From the IMG/VR virus record IMGVR_UViG_3300037452_000097: 20,000 bases of DNA, one strand, 5' to 3'. The stretch's first letter is position 1. Every line of letters starts with the position of its first letter. The notes beneath the pieces are model-generated. The model did no database searches, had not been told where the DNA came from, and worked only from the letters and a program-made list of their open reading frames with translations. The DNA is from an uncultured virus (IMG/VR IMGVR_UViG_3300037452_000097). Taxonomy: Duplodnaviria > Heunggongvirae > Uroviricota > Caudoviricetes. Both the position numbers and the translations under genes were made by a program. This document shows positions 7,757 to 16,092 of the stretch, in pieces.

Positions 7757-9271
7757 ATGGCGCGCAAAAAGGCGGTTGAATTTACGGCGGTCGGACTTCC
7801 AACCGTAGATTCTTATGCGAATGTCGCCGCTAAACTCGGCATAGACCAGAATAATCTAAGCGCCGGATCGGCTTATAATTTCAATCCTATCTCGCGCAAT
7901 CGCCTTCTGGTCGAGCAAGCCTATCGCGGGTCATGGATAGTCCGATCTGCGGTCGATTGCGTTGCCGACGATATGACCCGTGCGGGGCTTGATTTGATCG
8001 GGGACATAGACCCCGGCGACATTGAGAAGATCCAGACCGAATTGAAGGCCGCGCATGTTTGGACGGCGATTAACCGGACAATTAGATGGGCGCGCTTGTA
8101 CGGCGGGGCAATTGCGGTAATTTTGCTTGAGGGCCAGGATTTAAGCACGCCGCTGCGAATCGAAACGGTAGGTCTAGGGCAGTTTAAGGGGCTTGCGGTC
8201 ATTGACCGGTGGATGCTGCAACCGCTGCTATCAGAGCTGGTTACCGACTACGGTCCCTATGCCGGCCTGCCAAAGTTCTACGATATTACGGTAACGAACG
8301 GCCCTATTCCGCCGCAACGAGTACATTTCTCGCGTGTCGTGCGGATGGACGGGGACGATCTTCCATTCTTCCAAAAGCAGACAGAGAATCTTTGGGGCCT
8401 TTCAGTTCTTGAGCCAATCTATGATCGCTTGGTTGCCTTTGATAGTACAACGACCGGCGCGGCGCAGCTTGTTTATAAAGCCCACTTGCGTGTGTTGAAA
8501 TCGCCTGGGCTGATCAAGGCGGTAGCCATGGGACAGCCTATGGCCGCGACATTCAAGTCGCGCCTCGAAATGATGCGCTTATTCCAGAGCATCGAAGGCA
8601 TTACAGCTATTGATAAAGAAGAGGAATTTGAAACATATTCCTACAGTTTCAGCGGCCTTTCGGACGTGCTCCTGCAGTTTGCGCAACAGCTATGCGGGGC
8701 GCTCGGCATTCCGATGGTGCGTCTGTTTGGGCAAAGTCCGGCTGGACTGAATTCAACTGGGGAGTCTGACCTTAAAAATCATTACGATATGATCACGGCA
8801 AGCCAGGAATCAGACTTGCGCGATCCAATGACAAAGCTTTTGAATATCATTCACCGCAGTGTGCTCGGGACCGCCCCAAGCGAGACATTTTCATTCGACT
8901 TCACATCGCTTTGGCAAATGAGCGAAAAGGAAAAAGCCGAGGTTGCTAATGTCACCGCGGACGCGGTCGGCAAGATGGTGGACGCGGCGGTTATCGATCA
9001 TTCAACAGCGCTAAAGGAGCTTCGGCAATCGTCGGATTCCACCGGGATCTTTACAAACATCACCGACGAGCAAATTACAGAAGCCGAAAACGAACCGCCG
9101 ATGCCGGGCTTTGGCGAGCAGTTTGAAATGTCAAATGCGCCCCCGGCCGCAATGAATGGCGAGGGGGAGTCGGAGTCCAAGAGCGCCCGCGAAGGGAATG
9201 GCCTTCGCCGCGGTAATGCGGAAGTTGCAAAGGCCAATCGCGAGGCGGAAAGAAGCCGGAACGTTCAGTGA
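7757..9271 (+). CDS. Portal protein (DUF1073-type)
   Basis: 504 aa, first + strand gene after terL. Motifs YRGSWIVRSAVDCVADDMTRAG, WARLYGGA and GIPMVRLFGQSPAGLNSTGESD are characteristic of DUF1073 portals. Confidence 0.92.
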   Translation: MARKKAVEFTAVGLPTVDSYANVAAKLGIDQNNLSAGSAYNFNPISRNRLLVEQAYRGSWIVRSAVDCVADDMTRAGLDLIGDIDPGDIEKIQTELKAAHVWTAINRTIRWARLYGGAIAVILLEGQDLSTPLRIETVGLGQFKGLAVIDRWMLQPLLSELVTDYGPYAGLPKFYDITVTNGPIPPQRVHFSRVVRMDGDDLPFFQKQTENLWGLSVLEPIYDRLVAFDSTTTGAAQLVYKAHLRVLKSPGLIKAVAMGQPMAATFKSRLEMMRLFQSIEGITAIDKEEEFETYSYSFSGLSDVLLQFAQQLCGALGIPMVRLFGQSPAGLNSTGESDLKNHYDMITASQESDLRDPMTKLLNIIHRSVLGTAPSETFSFDFTSLWQMSEKEKAEVANVTADAVGKMVDAAVIDHSTALKELRQSSDSTGIFTNITDEQITEAENEPPMPGFGEQFEMSNAPPAAMNGEGESESKSAREGNGLRRGNAEVAKANREAERSRNVQ

Positions 9272-9450
9272 TGCAAGCTCCTAGAAAACGCGGCAGGCCG
9301 CCTATAGACGACAGCGCGGCGCTCGATGCGATGGCCGATTATTCTATTGCTGACCCTTCATTGACGGTTACTCAGTTAGCGCGGAAGGTGATGAGAGAAA
9401 ACCCCCATCTTATCGCGCCAAGCAAAAAAGAAAAGTCTCTGCCTCAGTGA
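9268..9450 (+). CDS. Small protein with an AT-hook-like motif
   Basis: 60 aa containing PRKRGRPP. GTGA overlaps with both the portal stop and the next start. Confidence 0.7.
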   Translation: MMQAPRKRGRPPIDDSAALDAMADYSIADPSLTVTQLARKVMRENPHLIAPSKKEKSLPQ

Positions 9451-10193
9451 TCTATGACGACGCCGCGGTTTTACGCAAAGTGGAGTTTGCGAGGGCGCGC
9501 TTGGCGGAACGCTTTTACGCGCAAAGTCTTCGCAAGATAGCGCGTCACATCGGCGATCTTGTCGGCGTCTTCGATCCGGCGAACTTTGCCGAAATGCCGC
9601 GCGTGCGTTCGTTACTCGACAAATATGCGCTTACTTTGGCGCCTTGGGCCTATGCTACGGCGACTCGGATGATTACGGAAGTCGCCGCGCGCGAAGGAAA
9701 GGCGTGGCGCCGCGTTGCCCAGGCCATGGGGTTGCAGATCCATCAAGAGCTGCGGTCCGCCCGGTTCGACGACATGGTTAGGAAGCTCCGTGACGAGCAA
9801 GTCCGGCTCATTACGAGCCTACCTACCGAGGCGGCAGAAAGGGTCCATACGCTGGCCTTAGAGGGCTTAGAAAGCGGCACGCGCGCGAAGGAAATCGCCG
9901 CAGAAATCATGCGAACCGGCGAAGTGACCAAAGGCCGGGCAACCCTGATCGCGCGAACAGAGGTCGGGCGCACGACGACGATGCTCACTCAAGTTCGTGC
10001 CGAAGGTGTTGGATCCACGCATTATCAATGGCTTTCCGCGCGGGATAGCGATGTCCGGCCATTGCATAAGAAACTTGACGGAAAAATCTTCGCTTGGAAC
10101 GATCCGCCGATTGCCGACCCGAGCGGGGTTCGCGCGCACCCAGGATGCATTTGGAACTGCCGATGCGTCGCATTGCCTATCATACCTGAATAA
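9447..10193 (+). CDS. Minor head/morphogenesis protein (SPP1 gp7 / Mu gpF family)
   Basis: 248 aa. Motifs RATLIARTE, YQWLSARDSDVRPLHKKLDG and HPGCIWNCRC; follows the portal. Confidence 0.93.
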   Translation: MIYDDAAVLRKVEFARARLAERFYAQSLRKIARHIGDLVGVFDPANFAEMPRVRSLLDKYALTLAPWAYATATRMITEVAAREGKAWRRVAQAMGLQIHQELRSARFDDMVRKLRDEQVRLITSLPTEAAERVHTLALEGLESGTRAKEIAAEIMRTGEVTKGRATLIARTEVGRTTTMLTQVRAEGVGSTHYQWLSARDSDVRPLHKKLDGKIFAWNDPPIADPSGVRAHPGCIWNCRCVALPIIPE

Positions 10194-10206
10194 GGAATCT
10201 TGATCT

Positions 10207-10656
10207 ATGGCTCTCCCTAATTATCTGCCGACTGGAATCGAATATGCCGGCACCCTCGTTCTCGGTCCCGGCGGTGTTACGGACGGATCTAGCGGCATTT
10301 CCGGACGAACCGATTATATCCAGAAACTCAGCCTACCAGTGACGGCCGTAGCCAACACCGATTTCACAATGTCTATCCCCGCAGGGGCGACGCTTCTCTC
10401 AGCGGTCGTTTATACCACCACCGCCTATACGGGCGCAACCGCGACGATCCAAATTGGCAACGCCGCGGCCGGGGCGCAATATGTTGCCGCCGTCTCGATT
10501 GCCCCAATTGGCATGGTGCCGCTTACTCTTCTCGCCGCGCAAACCCCGGCCTTTATGTCGATGCCGGCCGCAACGCCAAATCTATTCATCAGAATTGTGC
10601 AGACGACCCCAACCGCGGTAGGGGCTGCAATGCTCGTTATAAATTATTCAACATGA
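10207..10656 (+). CDS. Probable capsid accessory (decoration/spike-base-like) beta-sandwich protein
   Basis: 149 aa, Ala/Thr-rich. IPAGATLLSAVVYTTTAYTGATATIQIG resembles jelly-roll head accessory proteins. AAGGA lies upstream, and the gene sits in the head module. Confidence 0.55.
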   Translation: MALPNYLPTGIEYAGTLVLGPGGVTDGSSGISGRTDYIQKLSLPVTAVANTDFTMSIPAGATLLSAVVYTTTAYTGATATIQIGNAAAGAQYVAAVSIAPIGMVPLTLLAAQTPAFMSMPAATPNLFIRIVQTTPTAVGAAMLVINYST

Positions 10657-11000
10657 AAAATCTTTCTCGCGTCTGTCTTATTGCTGCCGCGCTTGCCTTC
10701 CCCGCGTCGGCATGGGCCGCGGTCACGACAACCGCGATTGCCGCCGGAACGTCAGACTGGGCGGATCTTGGAATTCCGTCCACCGGCAGCATCATGGTTG
10801 TCCAGACGACAAGTTCCGACATTATGCTGGCTATCGCCGACGTCAAACCTGGGGTTACCCCACCTGTTGGGTTCCATTTAGATCCACGTAGCATGATGCA
10901 GGTTACGCTTTCAACGCCGGCGGCTACACATATTTGGGCTATTATTACGTCTCGCGGTGGCGTTGTTTCTACTGGCGGCTATGTGATTGTCACGAAATAA
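10653..11000 (+). CDS. Small predicted exported protein within the head operon
   Basis: 115 aa. MKNLSR-VCLIAAALAF-PASAWA|A is a classical signal peptidase I signal. The mature part is beta-rich. ATGA overlap with the upstream gene. Confidence 0.8.
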   Translation: MKNLSRVCLIAAALAFPASAWAAVTTTAIAAGTSDWADLGIPSTGSIMVVQTTSSDIMLAIADVKPGVTPPVGFHLDPRSMMQVTLSTPAATHIWAIITSRGGVVSTGGYVIVTK

Positions 11001-11003
11001 CAA

Positions 11004-12455
11004 ATGCAAATCTATACGATTGAGCAACTGGGGCCGAAGCGAAGCGTAACCCCGCAAGGTTTTTTGTTATGCCGTGACGTCCCAATCGCGAGGACCGGCG
11101 ATCAAATCTATTTGGAGCAGGAAATAGGCCCCGGCGAAAACGGCGAGCGCGTAGAAGGCGGTGTCGACGGGACGATCATTGTTACACGCGACGCGCAGGA
11201 AGTCTTCACGCAAGAGGCCATCGATTCATTTGAAGGCATGCCGATCACTGACGATCATCCAGTGGGGAATGTTACTACCGGAAATTGGCATGATTTAGCG
11301 GTCGGCTATGTCCGTAATGTCAGGCGCGGCATGGCGGAATTCTCCGGATGCTTGGTGGCTGATCTTCTTATTTGCGCCAAGAATGCAATCGACGCAGTTG
11401 AGAACGGCAAGCGCCAAGTTTCGTGTGGATATAACGCGATCTATGATCAAATTGTTCCGGGGCGTGCAAGGCAAGTTAATATTAGAGGCAATCACGTGGC
11501 ATTGGTCGATGATGGGCGGTGTGGTCCGCTCTGCGCGATAGGCGATCGACAAACGGCAAGGGAAACTAAAATGGCTGCAACGAATAAGAAATTGTCTTGG
11601 CTTGATCGGGCGCGCGGCGCCTTTAAGGCGAAAGACGAAAATCTTTTTGAAGAGGCGCTTGAGATGGCAAGCGAAGACATTGCGCATGAAAGGCATGTCA
11701 CTGTCAATGTAGGCAATGGCGGTGGCGGCGGCGGTGGTTACGCAACTTTTGATAAGCGCGTCAAAGACAGCGACGAGGAAGAGGAAAAAGAAAAAAAGAA
11801 AGACGACGACGAAACCAAGGATAAGGCGCTAAAGCCTATCCTTGACAAGCTCACGTCGATGGAAACACGCCTTGGGGCCGTGGAATCTTTCATCAAGGAT
11901 AGCAAGAAAACCAAGGACACCGAAGAGGGCGCGGAAACCCCGAAGGGCGAAGCGAAGAAGGCCGACGAGGAAGAGGAAAAGCAGGCCAAAAAGTCCGAGA
12001 CTAAGGACACGGACGAAGAGGGAGACGACGACGATAAAAAGAAAAAGGACACCAAAGATTCCAAGCCTCGGAATCTCGTAAACGCTCGTCTGGAATGGCA
12101 GGACACTCTCGCCAGAGGCGAGATCCTTATGCCCGGCGTTAGGCTTCCAACATTCGATAGCGCGCAAGATTCCAAAACAATCGACGCCCGTCTTTGCGCA
12201 TTCCGGCGCCGTGTCGTCGCGGCCGCGTACGAAACAGATCACGGCATAACCGCAATCAAGCCATATCTCGGCGGCTCTCGTATCGACACGCTTACTTGCG
12301 ACGCGGTTAAAGTGCTGTTTGCCGCGGCGAGCGACAATGCCAAGACCGCCAATATGAATCGGCGCGGAAATGTTATCCAACCTCCGGGTCGCGGCCTTCC
12401 GAAGACCAATGAAGAAATCAATGCCATCCATCGGGAATATTACGCCAAAAGATAA
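11004..12455 (+). CDS. DUF2213-type putative prohead protease fused to a charged scaffold-like region
   Basis: 483 aa. Motifs VPIARTG, FEGMPITDDHP, VSCGY and NHVALVDDGRCGPLCAIGD in the first ~185 aa, followed by a D/E/K-rich low-complexity region. Confidence 0.88.
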   Translation: MQIYTIEQLGPKRSVTPQGFLLCRDVPIARTGDQIYLEQEIGPGENGERVEGGVDGTIIVTRDAQEVFTQEAIDSFEGMPITDDHPVGNVTTGNWHDLAVGYVRNVRRGMAEFSGCLVADLLICAKNAIDAVENGKRQVSCGYNAIYDQIVPGRARQVNIRGNHVALVDDGRCGPLCAIGDRQTARETKMAATNKKLSWLDRARGAFKAKDENLFEEALEMASEDIAHERHVTVNVGNGGGGGGGYATFDKRVKDSDEEEEKEKKKDDDETKDKALKPILDKLTSMETRLGAVESFIKDSKKTKDTEEGAETPKGEAKKADEEEEKQAKKSETKDTDEEGDDDDKKKKDTKDSKPRNLVNARLEWQDTLARGEILMPGVRLPTFDSAQDSKTIDARLCAFRRRVVAAAYETDHGITAIKPYLGGSRIDTLTCDAVKVLFAAASDNAKTANMNRRGNVIQPPGRGLPKTNEEINAIHREYYAKR

Positions 12456-12479
12456 CGCGCACAGGAAAGGACGTTAGCC

Positions 12480-12992
12480 GTGACGCAAGCCTATCTCTAC
12501 ACATTCAATATTGGAATCCCCGGCGATCCGCAAGGCGCGCAGTGGGATCATATCGTCGAGGCACTTCTTGCCGCAACCGGCGCGCCCGTGGCCTACGGGG
12601 TGCCGATGAAAGTCGCGGCCGGCCTTGTCTCCGGGATTCAGGCGGCTGGCGATACCGGCCCAGCCGCAACCCCGTTTGGTTGGATCGTGCGGCCATATCC
12701 TATACAAAACGTGGCGCTTCTCAATGATCCGTTGGGAACAAGCACGCCGCCGACCACCGGGAAGGTCAACATCATGGTGCGCGGATATATCAGCGCATTT
12801 CTACAGGACGCTACAACGGTGGTGTTGGGGCAAGCGGTTTGGATTCGCACCGCCGCAACTTCCGGAACAAAACTCTTCGGCGGGGTGCAAAGCTCGACTG
12901 ATGGCGGGGCATGCACTCAGATTACCAATAACACGTATTTCATGGGTCCGGCCGACGCCAACGGGAATGTTGTTATTGCCGTTAATATCTAA
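12480..12992 (+). CDS. Head decoration/cement protein
   Basis: 170 aa between the protease/scaffold and capsid genes. Motifs GIPGD, GWIVRPYP and VNIMVRGYI. GAAAGGA lies upstream of the GTG. Confidence 0.75.
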   Translation: MTQAYLYTFNIGIPGDPQGAQWDHIVEALLAATGAPVAYGVPMKVAAGLVSGIQAAGDTGPAATPFGWIVRPYPIQNVALLNDPLGTSTPPTTGKVNIMVRGYISAFLQDATTVVLGQAVWIRTAATSGTKLFGGVQSSTDGGACTQITNNTYFMGPADANGNVVIAVNI

Positions 12993-13020
12993 AATATCAG
13001 ATTCCGAATATTCACAACGG

Positions 13021-13042
13021 GCCGCCAAGAGGGCGGCTTTTT
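13021..13042 (+). terminator. Intrinsic terminator-like hairpin
   Basis: GCCGCC-AAGAG-GGCGGC followed by TTTTT. Confidence 0.75.
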
Positions 13043-13057
13043 CATGGGGAATGCAAA

Positions 13058-14140
13058 ATGTACCTCGACGCTTCTGACCTTCTGGGCGGCACCGCCCTAA
13101 CTACGCCGCGCCGCCGAGTTGTCAAGGGCGCGATGACTCACGATAATATGATGACATTCGACTCCAACGTTATCGATTCTACCGGGGCCTTTTTTATCGG
13201 GGAATTGGAGCGGCTCGACCAAACGCTGCACATGCCTTTGGTGGAATTTTCCTGGGGCCGCGACATTGATATCCGGACGGACGTCTCGATTGCGGACGAA
13301 ATTTCGTCTTGGACGAACTCCGACTTTGCTGCCATGGGCAACATGGGCGGCCAGGGCAATATTTCTTGGATCGGAAAAGATTCCAATACCATTCAAGGCG
13401 TCTCGCTCGACATCGGCAAGACCGCGCAGCCGCTGCACCTCTGGGGCCAGGAAATAAAATACACGATTCCCGAGCTTGAAAGTGCAATGAAGCTCGGGCG
13501 CCCGGTGGACGCTCAGAAATATGAAGCATTGGTGCTTAAGTATCAAATGGATATTGATACGCTCGTCTATACCGGCGACAGCACGATCAGCGCGACCGGA
13601 TTGCTGAATGCGTCAAATACGATCATCACCAATGTCACCAACGTGGCAAACGGCGCCTCCGGTTCTCCGCTTTGGCAAAATAAAGCGCCGGACGAAATTC
13701 TACAGGACTTGAACGAGCTTCTCACAAGCGTTTGGAACAAGTCCGCCTATGCGGTTTTGCCTGATAGGGTCTTGATGGCTCCTGGCGACTACGGGCTTTT
13801 GGTAAGCCGTCGCGTTGGCGAGGCGGCCAGCGTGTCGTTGCTGACCTATTTGCTTGAAAACAATGTCGTGAACCGTAACGGGGCAGGCGCCCTGAAAATC
13901 TATCCGGTCAAGTGGCTGATCGGCGGCGGGGTTGGCGGAACGCTTGGAACCGTCAGCGGGCATAATCGCATGGTCGCCTATCGCAAGGAGATGCGCTATA
14001 TTCGCTACCCGATGACTCCGTTGCAGAAGACGCCGCTGGAATATCGTTCGATCTTCCAAATGACCACTTATTTCGGAAGGCTTGGGCAGATGGAATTCGT
14101 CTATCCGGTCACGATCGGCTATCGCGACGGCATGGGTTAA
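13058..14140 (+). CDS. Major capsid protein (DUF2184-type, HK97 fold)
   Basis: 360 aa. Motifs GAFFIGELERLD, YTIPELESAMKLGRPVDAQK, WQNKAPDEILQDLN and a terminal GYRDG; expected size and position. Confidence 0.93.
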   Translation: MYLDASDLLGGTALTTPRRRVVKGAMTHDNMMTFDSNVIDSTGAFFIGELERLDQTLHMPLVEFSWGRDIDIRTDVSIADEISSWTNSDFAAMGNMGGQGNISWIGKDSNTIQGVSLDIGKTAQPLHLWGQEIKYTIPELESAMKLGRPVDAQKYEALVLKYQMDIDTLVYTGDSTISATGLLNASNTIITNVTNVANGASGSPLWQNKAPDEILQDLNELLTSVWNKSAYAVLPDRVLMAPGDYGLLVSRRVGEAASVSLLTYLLENNVVNRNGAGALKIYPVKWLIGGGVGGTLGTVSGHNRMVAYRKEMRYIRYPMTPLQKTPLEYRSIFQMTTYFGRLGQMEFVYPVTIGYRDGMG

Positions 14141-14152
14141 AGGGAATATGAT

Positions 14153-14293
14153 ATGAGAAGTTGGTATGGTTTTCTAACTGAGGCTCCTATTATTGCCCTT
14201 ATTGTTAATGACGGTTCGTGCTGCGATCGGATTGTATGGTGGATTACAGTTGTTCTACCGAGCGGGCATAATTGCTGGAATTACATGGAATGA
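14153..14293 (+). CDS. Small hypothetical protein (46 aa, absent from the ORF track)
   Basis: Hand translation MRSWYGFLTEAPIIALIVNDGSCCDRIVWWITVVLPSGHNCWNYME*. AGGGA lies upstream and the stop overlaps the next ATG (ATGA, 14290-14293). Confidence 0.5.
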   Translation: MRSWYGFLTEAPIIALIVNDGSCCDRIVWWITVVLPSGHNCWNYME

Positions 14294-14499
14294 AAGTTCT
14301 CGTAACAACGCCGTTTAAATTGAACCTCGGGATTGTTGACGGCCTTCCCAAGGAAGTTGAATATGCGGCCGGCACTCAAGACATGCCAGAAGATCACTTT
14401 AAACATTGGTGGGCGCAGACCAATAAGGTGAAGAGTCTGGAAAATGACAAGCCGCAACTCGCGCCTCCGGTCGCGGCGAGGGACGGCGGCAAGAGATGA
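14290..14499 (+). CDS. Small post-capsid phage protein (STY1053-like)
   Basis: 69 aa from ATG 14290, preferred to the TTG at 14272 because of the ATGA coupling. VTTPFKL...HWW pattern; position between capsid and head-tail connector. Confidence 0.7.
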   Translation: MKVLVTTPFKLNLGIVDGLPKEVEYAAGTQDMPEDHFKHWWAQTNKVKSLENDKPQLAPPVAARDGGKR

Positions 14500-14933
14500 C
14501 CGTAACGGTTGCCTCGTTTCGCGCGGACTTTCAAGAATTTTCAAACAGTGCCGTCTATCCTGATTCGGCGGTCATATATTGGATGAGTCTGGCCGTTCAA
14601 TTGTTTAATCCGGCCGCGTGGACAACGCTTCTTGATGTCGGAACGGAATTGTTCATTGCGCATAATCTTGTGTTGGAACAACAAGCGGCGAATTCTGCCA
14701 ATAATGGCGGTGTGCCGGGAATCAATTCCGGACCGCTGTCGTCGAAGAGTGTCGATAAGGTAAGCGCCGGCTATGATACGCACGCCGGGACTCTAGAAGG
14801 GTTTGGTAATTTCAATCTCACGACCTACGGCACGCGGTTGGGATGGCTTGTGAACATGGTCGGGATTGGCGGGGTTCAAACCGGATCATGGGACGGGAGC
14901 GATAACGTTCAATCCGCCGGGTTTCCGATGTGA
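14496..14933 (+). CDS. Head-tail connector/adaptor (DUF4054-type)
   Basis: 145 aa. Motifs FRADFQEF, LFIAHNL, SKSVDKVSAGYD and NLTTYG. Confidence 0.88.
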   Translation: MTVTVASFRADFQEFSNSAVYPDSAVIYWMSLAVQLFNPAAWTTLLDVGTELFIAHNLVLEQQAANSANNGGVPGINSGPLSSKSVDKVSAGYDTHAGTLEGFGNFNLTTYGTRLGWLVNMVGIGGVQTGSWDGSDNVQSAGFPM

Positions 14934-15412
14934 ATATCGAGCAAAAGAGCAACACGGCGCAATTTAGGAAGGCATTGGATGGACTCTTAAAACGCGAGGT
15001 GCTTGTCGGTATTCCGTCTTCCAATGCCGCGCGTGATCCTGAGCCCGGCGAAACGACCGCCGCGACAAACGCCTTGATTGGCTATGTCATGGAATACGGA
15101 TCCCCGGCCAAAAATATTCCGGCGCGGCCGTTCTTGCATCCCGGTATAGCCAACGCGAAAGACGATATCGCTAAACATTTTAAAAAGGCGGCACAATTGG
15201 CCCTTACTGGCAAAGCCGACGAAATCGGCCAAGAGCTGGAGAAGATCGGATTGATTGCCCAGGTATCTGTACAGAAGAAAATTACGGACGGTCCATTCGA
15301 GCCTTTGAAGCCGGCAACATTGGCGGCGCGCGTTCGCCGCGGGCGGACCGGCACGACTCCGCTCATCGATACCGGGCAACTTAGGCGTGCAATCACCTAT
15401 GTAGTGAGATAA
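14930..15412 (+). CDS. Neck/tail-completion protein
   Basis: 160 aa. Motifs VLVGIP, EYGSPAKNIPARPFL and PLIDTGQLRRAITY. Confidence 0.82.
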   Translation: MNIEQKSNTAQFRKALDGLLKREVLVGIPSSNAARDPEPGETTAATNALIGYVMEYGSPAKNIPARPFLHPGIANAKDDIAKHFKKAAQLALTGKADEIGQELEKIGLIAQVSVQKKITDGPFEPLKPATLAARVRRGRTGTTPLIDTGQLRRAITYVVR

Positions 15413-15534
15413 TGATACTCTCGTTTTTGCTAGGTATCACAGCAGGCGTTGTTATAGGAACTAATGCAACTTTGTGGCTTTTGCGTTGGGGGGAAAGAAA
15501 CGGCCGTATAACCCTCATCAGATGGCGACAATAG
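15412..15534 (+). CDS. Small predicted single-pass membrane peptide (40 aa, absent from the ORF track)
   Basis: Hand translation MILSFLLGITAGVVIGTNATLWLLRWGERNGRITLIRWRQ*. TAATG overlap with the upstream stop; ends 6 nt before the next ATG. Confidence 0.55.
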   Translation: MILSFLLGITAGVVIGTNATLWLLRWGERNGRITLIRWRQ

Positions 15535-15540
15535 ACTAAA

Positions 15541-15912
15541 ATGCCTGCTCTCGACGTAACCGATATTTTAACGGACCCGGATTTCGCCGATCTATTCACG
15601 GTAACAAGATTCGTCCAAACCGTGACGGCCGGCGGCATGGCGAGCAATGCGTCGAACATTATTAATAATGTATCCGGCGTCGTCACCGCCAATGACGATA
15701 TCGATTTATTAAAAATGCCGGAAGGGGAACTTCTTTCTGGGTCGATTACGATTATTACAAAATTTCGCCTAACCAACGGGTCGGGCGCACAAGACGCCGA
15801 TGTCGTGACATGGCACGGGCGGACATATCAGGTTAAGACGATAGGCGATTGGAGCGGCTTTGGCGCCGGATTTATCGAAGCCATATGCGTGCTCAATAAG
15901 GCCAACCAATGA
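15541..15912 (+). CDS. Head closure / head-tail joining protein
   Basis: 123 aa. Motifs LDVTDILTDPDF and ADVVTWHGRTYQV...WSGFGAGF; position in the neck module. Confidence 0.78.
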   Translation: MPALDVTDILTDPDFADLFTVTRFVQTVTAGGMASNASNIINNVSGVVTANDDIDLLKMPEGELLSGSITIITKFRLTNGSGAQDADVVTWHGRTYQVKTIGDWSGFGAGFIEAICVLNKANQ

Positions 15913-15927
15913 TCTAGAGATTTAACA

Positions 15928-16092
15928 ATGCTACGATTCTTCGAAAGGCTAGACGCGCTTGAAAGGGAACTCAAGGACCAGCAAGACATCAACGAATTAA
16001 TACTAGCGTATATCGACGCGGATCTCGAAAAGCCATGGGAACCGGCCGCGCGTGCCTTGGCTGCAAAGTTGCGCGAGAAACTTAAAAAGTGA
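15928..16092 (+). CDS. Small helical hypothetical protein (54 aa, absent from the ORF track)
   Basis: Hand translation MLRFFERLDALERELKDQQDINELILAYIDADLEKPWEPAARALAAKLREKLKK*. The stop overlaps the GTG at 16089. Confidence 0.65.
   Translation: MLRFFERLDALERELKDQQDINELILAYIDADLEKPWEPAARALAAKLREKLKK

Noticed and set aside
7757..9271. Anti-CBASS Acb1 label sometimes attached to DUF1073 proteins
   Set aside because: Size, position after terL and motifs fit a portal; I see no separate 2H phosphoesterase domain.
11738..12431. Long minus-strand ORFs (145 and 200 aa) with hydrophobic or Ser/Phe runs
   Set aside because: These are antisense shadows of the GAA/AAG/GAC-rich scaffold region, with no independent support.
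13058..14140. Encapsulin nanocompartment
   Set aside because: The fold is shared, but the gene sits in a complete terminase-portal-neck-tail operon.
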